Origin: Phoronis australis
Taxonomy: Eukaryota > Animalia > Phoronida
DNA: 64,000 nucleotides
Reading direction: 5' to 3'
NCBI GenBank assembly: GCA_002633005.1
Contig: NMRA01000314.1
Span: 62,001 to 126,000, forward strand
A model generated the notes under the pieces. It worked only from the letters and a program-made list of their open reading frames with translations. It had not been told where the DNA came from and ran no database searches. The translations under genes were made by a program, and so were the position numbers. Shown one piece after another: positions 37,336 to 50,500 of the stretch (positions are counted from its first letter, which is position 1; each line of letters begins with the position of its first letter).

Positions 37336-40300
37336 ACTCGTTGTCGTGATGTAATACAAACGGTTTTTGATGGCGTTCGCCAATGTCTGTCCTCAGAAAC
37401 AAATGATTAAAAAGAAATTGACTCGATAAAAATGCCACTTAGGGAAATTAAAATAGTTATTGCAATGCTCTAAAGATTGGGATAAGATTGAGCAATTGTT
37501 TACGGACTGGCGATATTTATAACATTCGCTCCTTTGAACAATTAATAGTCTCTCCTTGGGGAATGTTTCATTAAGACGTGATTATAAAGCAATGCGTACT
37601 GGAAGGCTTTGATTGGATTAGTGTCGCGAGATCAGCTACCCCCCTGCACGCTTTAGGCTAATATTTGTACAACGCGTTCCTTTACATTTCTCTCCGTAGA
37701 TTTAATGTTCTCGCGAGTAATGACGATTCATATCCAGGCGTAGCTACATGTATGAGGTAAGCCTGTTGTTGTCGGTATAGAAAAATTGCGTAGACTCATT
37801 TTTTCTTGTGTGCGTACTCACTCGAAGAGTACATTTATATACAAGTACGACGATCTCATTAAGAAAAAAAGAAATTCACTAGGTGTGATAATTTTGTTTT
37901 AGAGTTATGACAAAATGTAAGACGTTCATGAACCTGGTACCTACGTTCGTATCAAGAAGACAGTTGAAACGACAACAAGCTTACGATGACTGTCGGTGAA
38001 ATGTACTGAAATGTTCAAGTGTTGCGCGGTTGACTCCCGCTGGAACAGTTAAAACATTTTGATGCATGTCTCATAAATATTTACTTGCAGCTACTTATTA
38101 ATTTAACAAAACCTGCTCCAAGGATTACGTAGAACTACTGCATACGTGCGTGAGTCATCATTGCTTCGTTACAGACTTTATTGCTTGTAGTAGTTATTGA
38201 ATCCACCGGCTGCTGTGTAAGAAAAATACGCGGAACCTTGCATGTATCACGTTTTTTACTATAAACTTCTGTTGTCCAAATCTTCGTTAAACTCTGCTCC
38301 AACCAACTTAAAGTCGAATCAAACAGCTATCATTGTTTCAAATCAAACATAATCACGTTTATTTGGAACACAATAATGTGTGCTATAATGAGCTCAAATA
38401 AGGTGTTTGAATATTTTGTTATGGTTCCGCGACGTATTTGTCACCTTACTCTAGAAAATAATTTTGACTTTAAGTAAAGAGACACAAACGAGGAACACGC
38501 GCGTCGTTTAGTTAACCCCATAATGTGCAATCTCTTTCAAGGGACTGCAAAACTAATATTCTGTCATTCACGGAGTTCTCGTAGGGGAGGTTCACTATTC
38601 TGCTCAGTGGCGTACAGCGTGCGTGTTCCACGCTTGTGCGTTATGATTAATATACTTTTTAAACGGTAAATCCACTAATTCAGATTATCTCGGGAGTCGT
38701 TAACGTAAATCTAGTTAATGAATGAATTTAATAAATAATTCATATCTCCAGACTCGTCCTAATTGTTTTAATCGGTTTGTTAGTTTAACAGAGCCTACAC
38801 TCACCTGCCGAAGGCAACTGTAATCTGATTTATTACGTCAACAAATTTCCGACGGGGTTGTATTTTATGCAGGTCGGTTCATTTAACAACGCAATTCCGT
38901 TATATGCGCCAGTGTACGTAATGTTGAAAGGTGGAGTTGTGTTTTTTTTCTACACGAAGAGCAGTCGTGGAGTGTCAAATCAGTACATCGATTAGCCTGT
39001 TCATTCTTCATCTGGCAATAGGGGGCACTAGTAGGAAAAGATTTGGTGCATTCCGTGTCTTATCTGTCAAAACTATGGCGTCAGGTCTGTCACTAGAGGT
39101 GAAAATTGCATGTCTCGTCAGTGACTTCAAGTGTCTGTGTCATCTCGTCTATCTTTACCGTTTTAACCACCCTGTGTCCTTATCACCTCGTGTTCTGCAG
39201 AAACCACCGAGCCGAGAGGTGTCGCGTAACGAGGAAAGTGAGGGAACAAACTTTGCCGTCAACGATGAGGTCACAAGGTGGCGCTGAGCACTTTATCCTC
39301 ATCTTTGTCGTTCCAGGAAGGTTAAAATCAGGGACAATGGGTTTTTTCTTTTCAAAAACAATTGGAAAGCAGAAAACTGAAACATATGCACTGACCGAGG
39401 TTGCTAGAAAAGATCAAAGGGCCAACAAACCGTACAGGATATTTCAGCACCTTCGTCTGCTTACTAGTGTCAGATAACAGAACTGAATTTCTTATTATCG
39501 AATGTAACTGGTCGATCATAATTGATGCAAAACATGGTTTTGGTAGCATGCCCCTTTAACAATCTTCCTCCAGACTGAAGAATCTATGAAGTGTCTTATC
39601 GATAAAGCTCAAATCTTGTGGTCAGAATTACCAAAAGCTAATAGGCTTTCGTTTTTCAGTTGTCAACCAGTCTGTGAAAACTTCCTTCCAGTTGTATCAA
39701 ATGTCCATTGTCAGCTAGAGTAACTATTTCGGGATCTGAGAGAAAAGAGATCATGAAGTTTGAAAATATACAATCATGACACTCTAATCATATGAAGAAG
39801 CTGCGAAACTAGAAATGTAAAATTTGAGTTTGAGAAGATCACTAAAACGAGGTCATTCGGTCAGACTTTTAAACACACTATGACCGAATTTATTTGCGTA
39901 TTTTAACATTTCAAACTGCCTCTTACGTCTCTATGTCCGTGGTTAACTAGTTTACAACCACACGTCAAACGTCTTCACCTGGCTCAAATACTAAATAGAC
40001 TCTGGATTCGACTCTATTCCGTAATAGCGCAAATTCCGCGTCCTTTGAGTTAAGAACTTCAAAAAAGGAATTTAACTTCAAAGCAGTAGAGTTGGTCCAA
40101 GATTATGTTCTTTCAATATGCGATCCAATGTTTTCAAAATAACCTGAGTTACAAATTGCATTTTAACAATGGTCTTCTGAATTTCTGGAGGTGCATAGAC
40201 AAAATTGCCCCCACAGTTGGATACCAGTGAATATCACTTCTCATGAATTGCAGGAAAAAGCGCAAATTCATCGCAGGACTGAAACGATAGGCGAATTTAG

Positions 40301-43300
40301 CCCCCCCCCCCTTGGCTGCAGCAAAAAAAAAATAAAAAGCAACAGCGTGAGGAAATATTGAATTCATTAATTAACGTCGGTAATTAACATGCGGCTGAGC
40401 GGGGGGGGCTCAGACCCCATTGCAAGTGCCCGACCTGCGCAATCATTTTCCCGCTTTTTTAGTCCTCCGTTTGTTTTTCTTTTAGTAGAAGATCCAGAAA
40501 TTCGAGCCCCTATTTTTCAGGCTGGGTGAGTGTATGCAATCGTGCTTTGCGCAGTTGCCCGAGACAAAATGTTGTACCCCCACCCCCCTACGATATTCTA
40601 GAATCGGCAATGGAAACCTACCACTACTGTTAGTGTTACTACTATGTTAGTGGTGTATTTCGATTGATGACACTGTTGATACTGTATGTTACAAAGTTGT
40701 GAGAATAAAGGGAGGAGTGTTATTTAGTAATATTCTAGCTTATGAGGGCCTAAATACACAGATATTAGACATTCTCAACTTTTATGACAACGCAGCAATC
40801 TGGTTTAACTGCTTCTGTAAAGAATCGGCTCCAAGGCAAATAGACCGTTATCCATCGCTCCAGTCTTCTCGTACTATGACACTGCCAAAGTAAGCAACTC
40901 CATTTTCCTGTGTGGCTAGAGGTGTCCTGAAACTTTTGATATTTGAAAAGTTCCCGCGCTTTAAGTTGCACGTCTATCCAGATGTTCTCCTGATGGTACA
41001 TTGCTACACAAGAGGTGGCACTGCATGCTGTCTCTTTAGCCAATAAAAATGAGAAATTCAGAAGGTACAGATTATTTCAAGATGGCTGTCATGTGTATTC
41101 TTGTGGTTTAATGCTGCAGACCTTTTTAGAGAGTAAATTGACATGAATCAATGACTGTGTGCAAAATGACAATCATAGTAATATTAGAATAGTAATAAGC
41201 ATAATTTTATTTTACATGCACGTGATTAGTTATTAAGTAATTACAGAACCCCATAGCAGGATTCTCGCTGCAGAATAAAGCATAAAAATAGTTCCAGGTG
41301 ACCAGTGCAATGGGTCCAGATGCGAGGCCTGCGCACGTCTGGTACAACGTGTATCAGACCACCTGCAATTGTTTTGTTTTTTAATTACAGAACTATTAGA
41401 GAGCCAGGGTCCCACCTCCGAATCAGACTCAGCTCAGACTCGAAACTTTATCAATCAAGTCGCATATTTCGAGCACAACGTCGCTATAGCGGATATTTAA
41501 TATTGGCGTACATGTACTCTAGCGTAATGAAAATGTAATCCCGCCTTTCGCTTGATCCTGACTCAGACTCGGTGTTAAGAAATTCAAGATGGATGTTAGT
41601 CACGTTACTTCCTACTCTGGTGAAATTGCGTCGGATTTTCTCTCCTTTATCGTCCCAGAGGGACAGAAGTACTTGGCAGAACGAGGAACAACTATTTCCA
41701 ATTACCGGAAAGAGCAGTTATTGTTGTAGAAAATGTGTTAAAATGGTATTAATACCAGTTGGTTGAAACCTCACGTCAGCAATACATGAAATCTATAGGT
41801 GGCGCTGAAAGTGTCAATCAAAGACTTGATCGCCGCCTGTTGGTTTAGTGAATTTCAGTTCCGCGCGACTAATTTGAAAATCAGGTATTGGTCAAATTTT
41901 AAAAACTTCAGTTTGACCAAATGCTTTTCCTACAACCCTAAGTTAACAGATTCTCTGACATACATAATTTGACAATTTTAAGCAAATATTCTTTTAAAAT
42001 AGCAAAATCCATTCAACGTCAGTTTTGAAGACCATAATGGCAACCCTTCGTTTTATTCAAAAACATTTCTGTTGCCGTTTTTTCGTTGCGTGCCAGTATT
42101 TCCAGGAACGTATTGTCCCCTGCTTCACTGTTCACTGTTCTGATATTCTAAGGTACCATCATTTATAATTCGTTGTTCTCATCCCTATGTTCTCCCATCC
42201 CAAATATCTCTTGACTCTCAATTACTGGGGTCCGATGCTGTCTCCCAACGATGCCTCTCCGGTTCAATGCCAACTAGTTCCGTTTCAGCGTGTGTGCCAT
42301 TCCAATTGTTTTTTTTTATCGGAGTGACAGACATTTTATGATTGTCGTCTATTACGTCATGTAGCACGGAAACAAAAATCATGGTGTTGGCCTTTTCATT
42401 CTGATATAGACTGAGATATCAACCCTAAGGAACATGAAATGTGTCAAAGAAGATACAAAGTGGAACTTCTGCCATCTGTGATCAATAACTTTACTTAATA
42501 CTCTAAGCATACCCGCGCACTAGTACATAGCGCACATTTTACCTAAAGCAAACACTAACGAGGGAAATGATGTTCTGAGGAAATGTCTGTTTCTTGCATT
42601 GTGATTTTGACGGATGTCTTGCAATAATTATTTCACTTACACGTAGTTTTGGCCTTGAAATTAACTTTAACTTTTCGAAAACTGCGAGTTAGTTTAACTT
42701 AAACCAATCTCAAATCAACAATGTAGTGTATCAAAATATTTTATGTCGAAGTTTAACCACCAAATGGCGCTCATGAATTTATAAGAAATATTTGTTTAAA
42801 TTTGCATTGCCATAGGAAAAAGCAAATCGCTTTAACATGCTGTAATACTACCCGCGGTATAACCCTTTATGGACATGTGTTTTTCGTCTTAGATGTGTTC
42901 TATCACATGTCCACAGTGCATATAGATACTTTAAAGGGCAGAACACGTAACTTTGGTTTTTACAATATGTTCTCGTCATCAATGTCATAAATTTCAGAAC
43001 CTAATGAACGGTTAGGCTTACTGATTTATATTTTTCTGCAGCGAGAATCCTGCTGTGGGGTTCTATTTAGACCCCTAAGCAATACAAAAACCTTACATAC
43101 TTTGTTCTGTGTTCTCGCGGTGACGCAATATAGCGCGAAAAGGAAACTTGACCTTTCAGTATATTTACAAGCCTAAGTGTGAGTGATAGAATCGTGTCCT
43201 CTTATGTTGCTAAAGTATTGATGGGGTTCAATGGGTTTTGAAAGTCAAATTTCATGAAAAAGTTAATGCTTAATATCAGGACTTTTTACTTTCATAAGAT

Positions 43301-43798
43301 GCAATAGTTTGTGGCATCCAAAACATCAAAGCAAAATTTCGACTACTGAGGTGGAAATGTGTTTGAATTCTGGCTTTGCCCTCGGTACACAATTAACTGG
43401 AACAAAGTGGTATGTTGTGTAACATACGCATATTAGTGCTTCGATATTTATACCATTCTATGACGTGATTATAAAATCTCTTGGAATTAGGGACCTCCAT
43501 TAATATTTGCCTGACTGGACGATATCCCATTGACTGCACTAAATCTGTCCCAAAAACAGATCTCTTAATTCCTCGGTTACTATTTGAAGACTTGTCCGCG
43601 CAGTGACTGGACAGAATTAATATAAACGGGCGCTTACAGCAAATGAAAAGCTGTGAGTATTATCTAAACAAAGCCAGTTACTCAAATGAGCCATACTAAG
43701 CGTAAAATCTATTTAACTCACCATGACGGTTGCTATGATAAGCACTCTAGGCACACAACTAGGTGAAGTTTGCACGGAGTGAGTGCCTTTATCGGACA

Positions 43799-44181
43799 CC
43801 AGGGCCCGGTCTCTGATCTTTGTACTCGAACTCGAAATTATTTTTGGCAATTTCTCTGCTCCTTTTGTGCAAACTCAAGACAAGTGGTTATCAGACTGTG
43901 TTCGAATACATTACAGTTTATGCATAGGAGTTTCTAGTTCAAGTTTGCCCATGATAACCCATTTATTCGTGCTACAAACTCAAGTGAAAACTCGAACTTT
44001 TAGACTTAACGTTGGGTTTATCAACTGCACACTAAGACTAAAAATTATCTATGTAAGTCATTATGTACTCTAGCATAAAATAATAGACACTTATCTAGAG
44101 TTCGCACAAAAGCAGAGTAGAAAATGCCAAACATAATTTCGAGTTCCATGTCGAGTAAAAAGATTAGAGACCGGGACCTGG
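43799..44181. mobile_element. MITE with about 30-bp TIRs (Harbinger-like)
   Basis: CCAGGGCCCGGTCTCTGATCTTTGTACTCGA vs reverse complement of the right end, CCAGGTCCCGGTCTCTAATCTTTTTACTCGA. Internal CTCGAACTC motifs are also seen near 53750-54010. Confidence 0.7.
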
Positions 44182-44628
44182 ATCAGGTAACAAGATCATC
44201 ATCATCATCATCATTATTATTATTAAACATGTATAAAAGACAACCATATCAAAAGAATTCTATACCTAAGGAACACTTAAAAAGTCTGAGTAGTCTAAAC
44301 AATTTAAATTGAAATACATTATTTGTAATGAAGAGTACTAAGTGAATTTTACCCCTTTAAAGAAGACTGCTTTACCATCCATCATCATGATCATCATCAC
44401 CATCATTATCACCATCATCATCATCTTCATATAGGGACAGCAGTGTCACCGGGGCTTGACTTTTATAAAAAAACATTTCCGGGTATATGGCATTAGTATG
44501 CAACTGACCGGAAACATAAAATATCGCCCGTGTGCTTCCAGGAATTTATTTTCCATTTTATCTAATAAAGTCTACTCAGGTTCCGGGTATTTACCGATAT
44601 ATTCGAGGTAACTGGACCACACTTACTA

Positions 44629-45014
44629 CCGGGATTTTTCGTAGATAAGCCCATGGGCGTGTATTCGAAAAATTATAATTTTCAGGCGTTTTAGTAACAC
44701 CACATAAACGCCCGGGCGTTTATTCGGAAAAGACGGACGTGTAAACGGAAAGTCATAGTTTTGCTGATTTTGACATTTTTCACTTAAAACTGTGTTTTTA
44801 AATTTTATAATAATACATGCATAGTTCACCAAATCCTTGTTGGCTTTTAAAGATGATAAATGCTCCACAAACTAAATTTGTGACAAAAAGTTGACGCTGA
44901 GTGGGCTTTCGAGAGGAAATTTTCCGAATAAACGCCCCTTGTTATTTGGACACTTAACACCACAAGTTGTAACATCAAATAAGCACCCATGGCGTTTATT
45001 CGGCATAATTTTCC
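44629..45014. mobile_element. Degenerate pogo/Tigger-like MITE
   Basis: Repeated palindromic modules ATAA(A/G)CGCCC(A/G)...GGCGTTTATTCG at both ends and internally. Confidence 0.45.
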
Positions 45015-47519
45015 TATGGGTATTTCATCGGGTGGGGTTATCCCGGCAACAGGCATAAGAAAAAGTCGACACCTTTAGAGCAAACTAAAGAGGTCGTAAA
45101 GTTACGACGTATTTAGTGAAACAAGCCCTCGGTAACAAAACCAATTATTCCGTGTACACCATTAGCTAACACTAGTTTACATTATCTGAGAGTCTGTCAG
45201 ATTATCTCCACATCTAAGCACATTGCGGTATTTTCAGTAGAGAAAAACATTATCTCGTAATATCGAGCATCAAAAGCAATGCCAAGCGACTATTTCAGCT
45301 TTTGATAAATGGGTTTCATTTCTTCTCCTCCCCTTTCCTTTTAACTGTTTCTTAGCCAAACCGGTTTGAGCAGATTCACAAACTGTCATTGGTTTCCGCG
45401 ACACATTTGGCAAATCTAGATGAGCGGATTCGTGAACGTGACGTTCACGCCATCTGCTGACTGCCGTGTGCACTTTGCAAATGTCCGTTAAGTGGCACGG
45501 GCTCAACGTATCGTAGTAAACATTTCCTTAATGATGAAGCCATGCCAAAAATCGAGTATTTAAAAAGTCCTGCTTTTTCATTATAAAAACTTTGAATGTC
45601 ATTGTAAGCAATCTTTGATGACTACAATTGCATTTTATGAATTTAAATGAATCCTTCCTCGTTACATTTGTTTGTTATACTAGTGGCAGCACGATTTCGT
45701 CTATTAACATCACGTCTATTTTGAAGAGATTGTTTGCATCTTCAGAGAGTGTATTCGTACCAATCGGACACAATAAATCAACGACACCAACCGTTGAGAG
45801 AAACGTAAATACTTTTCACTGAGGAGCACGTGATTAACTGTACAGGAAAGCTTTGCGCAGGCATGGTGCAAAATAAACATCGGCAATGAAGTTGCATGCA
45901 AATTGCACGTGTTTATAATGCAAAACTGTACCGAAAGTAAACAAAGATTTAGCAGACGATCCGTCTCAGGTACATTTTGTTTCAGAACATCCAGTTCAAA
46001 TACTGAAGACTTCACATGTACTTTCAAATTAAAAACGGCCTTAGCAACTGATGAGTTATGTATATAAGACACTCTTGGCCATTTCCTGCAGTGTGTAAAT
46101 TGCTGTAGCCCTCTGAAGAATTCATGCCATTAAAGTACGTCCGTTCAGGTATGAGAATAGCAACTCACTACAGACGTTGGCCAACTGAATCGAAAAGTAA
46201 TACAACATGACATGCACTTGCGGTGTCAAAAAAACCGAATTAGGTCCCTCGTCACTGCAAACTAGATCCATTTCCTTGGAATGTCAATGCCGTTATGTCG
46301 TGGAATTACCTTGCTCGTTTGTTTGCTTGTTTGCACCCTCAAAAGTGGCAACAGCTGTTTACAAATGACTTCTACACGTGATACGGAGTTCGGTACGAGT
46401 TCGGGGCCTATTGTTTTAGGTCAATGCGGTCGCAAGATGACGCTGCGGCGTTATGGTTTATATTTTGCTGCGCATAGCTCCCTGCACGTGAATCTTCCAC
46501 TTGTTTGCCATTTTGTTTGATTACGAGGTGTTGCGTTCAAGCTACAAATGGTTGTGCATGTTTGGAACTCGCGCACTTTCATGTTTACGTTGTTGAAATT
46601 GATGCTAAAACTAGACATTGTGTCATACGAGGGCATCAGATAGGTGTAACTCCGTGAGCAGTGCAAATCAAAAATGCTACCCGCTAGTATTGCAAAGTGA
46701 GGGGTTGCGAGCATTTCACTAAACGTCACACCCAATGAGCTGAGACATTTAAAGTACACGAGAAAGTGTTTCTATCAACTTATCAATGCATGCTGCCAAG
46801 ATTCGCTTCATGAAATATTGCAAAGAAAATGAACTTTCTGCATGTAGCTACCGGTAATCACAAGTGTGACCCGGAGTCGTAAAAGGTTACAAATTTCTTC
46901 CACAGGATTTTGAGAGGTTCTGCCATGCCCCTGAGTTGTTTTTGCTTTTAAGTTCTGGATTTTTTTTAAATTGATAGTAGTAATTTTTCGTTATTTCGCA
47001 TGGGTAAAGCTGTCATTATCGATTTTCAAAGGCTGCAAGGCGTCCTTGTGAATAATAACTAAAATTCAATTTAAGACAGTTTCAGGTTACATTGCAAACC
47101 AAGGTTACAATGAAAAGCACTTTCTTAAAGTTCATTTTTGTTTGAAAAGTTTCAAAAATTTTATTTTTCATCGAATGTTGCGCGCTGCGACACCTTTCAT
47201 TGCCACAATGGGAAGGCAAACGCTGACAACTGCACTTCCTATGTTAAGCCTCTCATACTGGTTCCTAGGTTAAGCCTTGAAACTTGGTCTTAAAGTTCTA
47301 CTCGCAAATTATCAAGTGAAGTCAAGCCAAGCCAATTTAATTATAGTTGGTTAAAGTGAAACAAGAAGAAACATTAGTCACAGGCTAGTGTACCGACAAA
47401 TAAATATCTAAGTTATAAAATAAATAAATAGGAAACTAAAACAAACATTAAACTACTATATACAAGATTAACAATTAGCACGATAAGAGAGATTATGTTT
47501 GGAAATCACAGGCTCTGCT

Positions 47520-47800
47520 ATGTCTATGTGTTGGCATATTGCACAAATCGTGTCTTCAGGTGTAGGCTCGATCTCGCCTCTTCTGATAAAGAGTTCTACA
47601 AATTAGAGCCACAGACTCTGAACGACCATCGCAGACCATAGCGAGTGCTTCTGCACTCGGGAATGTTTGTCCTGTTGGATGATCTCAAATTATATGGGGT
47701 CCTGCGAATCGTGAGAAGGTCCCACAGAAATGGGGGTGACAAGTGGTTCAAAATTTTGATAGCTTCTTTTAGAATCATTCTCTGTCTACCAGAGTTTTCA
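47520..47800 (-). mobile_element. 3' fragment of a CR1/L2-clade LINE ORF2
   Basis: KILNHLSPPFLWDLL...YNLRS....IP..RSTRYGL(R)SF...GSNL*NSL is the typical post-RT C-terminal motif, here with an in-frame stop. An A/T-rich tail follows. Confidence 0.75.
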
Positions 47801-47934
47801 AGACCAGTTGATGACATTTACTTAAGACAATATCAATAAATGACGTCACTGTACATTACATATACCCAAATCGTTTGTTAGATTTTAGGCGGTTTTATTT
47901 ACACGCTTTGCAGCGATGCCGGTTTGTCCCACTG

Positions 47935-48056
47935 GAGAACTGCAGTGGGGTACGTCACAGGCCCACCAATACACTTATCAAACTATGAGAGTGAGAACTG
48001 CAGTGTGGTACGTCACAGGCCCACCAACACACTTATCAAACTATGAGAGTGAGAAC
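47935..48056. repeat. 58-bp tandem repeat, 2.1 copies
   Basis: GAGAACTGCAGTG.GGTACGTCACAGGCCCACCAA.ACACTTATCAAACTATGAGAGT starts at 47935 and 47993, with a partial copy at 48051. Confidence 0.9.
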
Positions 48057-50249
48057 CATGAGCTGGGGAGACCTCGTCATTGGAAGGGTGGCAACATATA
48101 TAAAGACGAAGAACTCACACTTTACTGACAACGATCACATGAATGTATTCTTAATGATACGCTATCGATTAACTCAGGCTAAAAATCAACAGCTGCCTTG
48201 CGGCGAGAAAATCTAGCCACGCGCTCTTATTGAAAACACACGGCGATTTCTCGCGTAATCTCGCGAGATCTTGCTTTTGAAACTATGTACTAGGGTTAGT
48301 GAACTCGACTCAAGTCTACACTGGGGCACCAGCCCCCGCCCTCTGTTGTTGGTTTCTAGTGATGTATCGAGGGATCAAGAGACCTTATTTAGAATTGATA
48401 CAACGGATATGGTGTAATCTATTTATCAACTAATCAACTTCAAACATTTTGCGACATCGAATTGACGACGATCAGTGTACAAGTACCAATTAGAGTCTTT
48501 TAAGGACAGTATTGTCGGAGAACTTTAGGCAGAAGTGGGAACGTGATACATCCCAGATTTTTTGCCATCGAAGTTGTTTACATGATTGAGTGTACATCCA
48601 TGTAGTTTCAGTTCAACGCAGGAGACGGGTCCGTCACGGAAAACGAACCACTGTCATGTTCGAGCTGTTTAGGTTCGTGTCGGTAAATGTTAATTTTTTT
48701 ATATTCTCTTTGAATGGCTACAAGAACATGGGTTAATAAAATTATTTGATTATCACAACCCGAGTAGTTGCATCCCTTGTGAGATTGAGGATGAGAAATA
48801 CACGTAGAGTTTGTTTCATACACTAATGTGAATTTGTTCAATTTTGCACCCACCGACGAAGTTATCAAAGGTGAATGGAAAACAATACATTTGCATACGA
48901 TATTTAAGAGTTCTGTGGTTTTATCAATATAATTGTGTTTTCGAAGTAAAAGTCTATAACTAGTACATTTAAAACATTTGTGTGTAGCTTTTATACGAAA
49001 AATGCTTTCAACTCGTACGCAAGAAACAGTTCTAGTACATATAAATATAATAGCTCAAATCAAAGGGCTACGTTGTTGTTGGCTCCCAAAAAATAGATGA
49101 TTTGTAAAATATTTGAACGCCGATACGACACCTCTCGGTGATGCAAGAGCGCCTGCCGACACTTACTTCGTAAGCCAACCCTAGCGTTTAATTATATCTT
49201 TGGTGGATCTAGTTACGTTGTCTGCCTGTGTAACCACGTGCAATATTTTGAGACGAGAAAAACATTACACTTTCCTTAAATAACGGGATTAAAAGCAATG
49301 CCAAGAAACCATTTCTGTTTATGGTAACTTGATTTTAATTCTTCTGCTTCTCATTCTAATGATTTGATTCTTTGCAAAACTATTTTGAGCGAACTCAGGA
49401 AATGTATTTGATTTCCTGAATAGTTTTAATCGACCACATAAACAATGCTTAAGTTCCCAAATATTCGCATACTCGTCTGGTAAGCGTAAGTACGTCGTTT
49501 CAGATATTGATAAAACATAGAAAATGAGAGAAACTTTATGATCGTTCGATTTCCTGAAAGAAATGGCGATTTTCTATACGACATGCAATCGCCGTCTTTT
49601 GTATCAGAAAAATAAACCGCAGCAAGTTCATTTGATGATGATCAATTTTGACCGTACCCAACGTGTCCAGTCCGATCGAAAAACATGAGAAAGTTAACTT
49701 TTGAAACTAAATTCAAAAATCAAACGATGGCGTTTCGAAGCTTGTTCAACACCTGATGAAATTGCAGTGTAGAAATATTGATTTTCATGACTTGCCATGT
49801 TCTCATAATATCTAACTTTGCCTGGTATTGTCAGACAATGCCTCTTAATGTTCATGTTACTAAATAGCCGCCACTGCATCGATGTTTATTCACGATAAAT
49901 AGAAACCAAAGATTCTTGGTGATTCACTTTCGCATTTCTATTGTTAGATCTGCTAATTACATGGCCGTTCGTGGTTAACGAATATTAGCGCCATGTTACT
50001 TATCACAGACGTATGAAAATGCTTGACGGCACAGCGAAACCGCGTCACTAGAATGTTATTGTATTGCTGGAAAATTTACACGCAAACAAAATAGTAGAAA
50101 TGCATTCAACAGGGACAAAAGGAGGGCTCCATGCCACTAAAAATTTCCGTAACTGTGCCCTTTGCGTTTTTGCTGTTACATGGACCTCGGAAAGGTACAC
50201 CCCCAATGTTGAGCGTTGTTATTGTCTTCCTTAGTGGTTTTTTGTTATG

Positions 50250-50500
50250 TTTTATTGCAAAGTCATTGAAAGAGCACTGCTGATAACAATGATTGGAGCT
50301 CTGTAGGTGAATATTTACATGTGAATTACTGTCAGAATTTAGATGTTCCTTGGTCCTGGTTTTCAAATGGCGAACAGTTTCGCCTATATAACTGGAGCCA
50401 CATCCAGCGCAGATAAATTTGTATACTACCTTGGACCGTAGACCCATAGAAATTTTGTCCTTAGGGTTAAATAAACTCGACAGTTTTAGAGATGTTTTAT
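50250..50500 (-). mobile_element. Penelope-like retroelement fragment (GIY-YIG endonuclease)
   Basis: KDKI....RSKVVYKFICAGCGSSYIGETVRHLKTRTKEH...SHV..H matches the VVY-CxxC-YIG-R-EH pattern of PLE endonucleases. Truncated on both sides. Confidence 0.88.
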
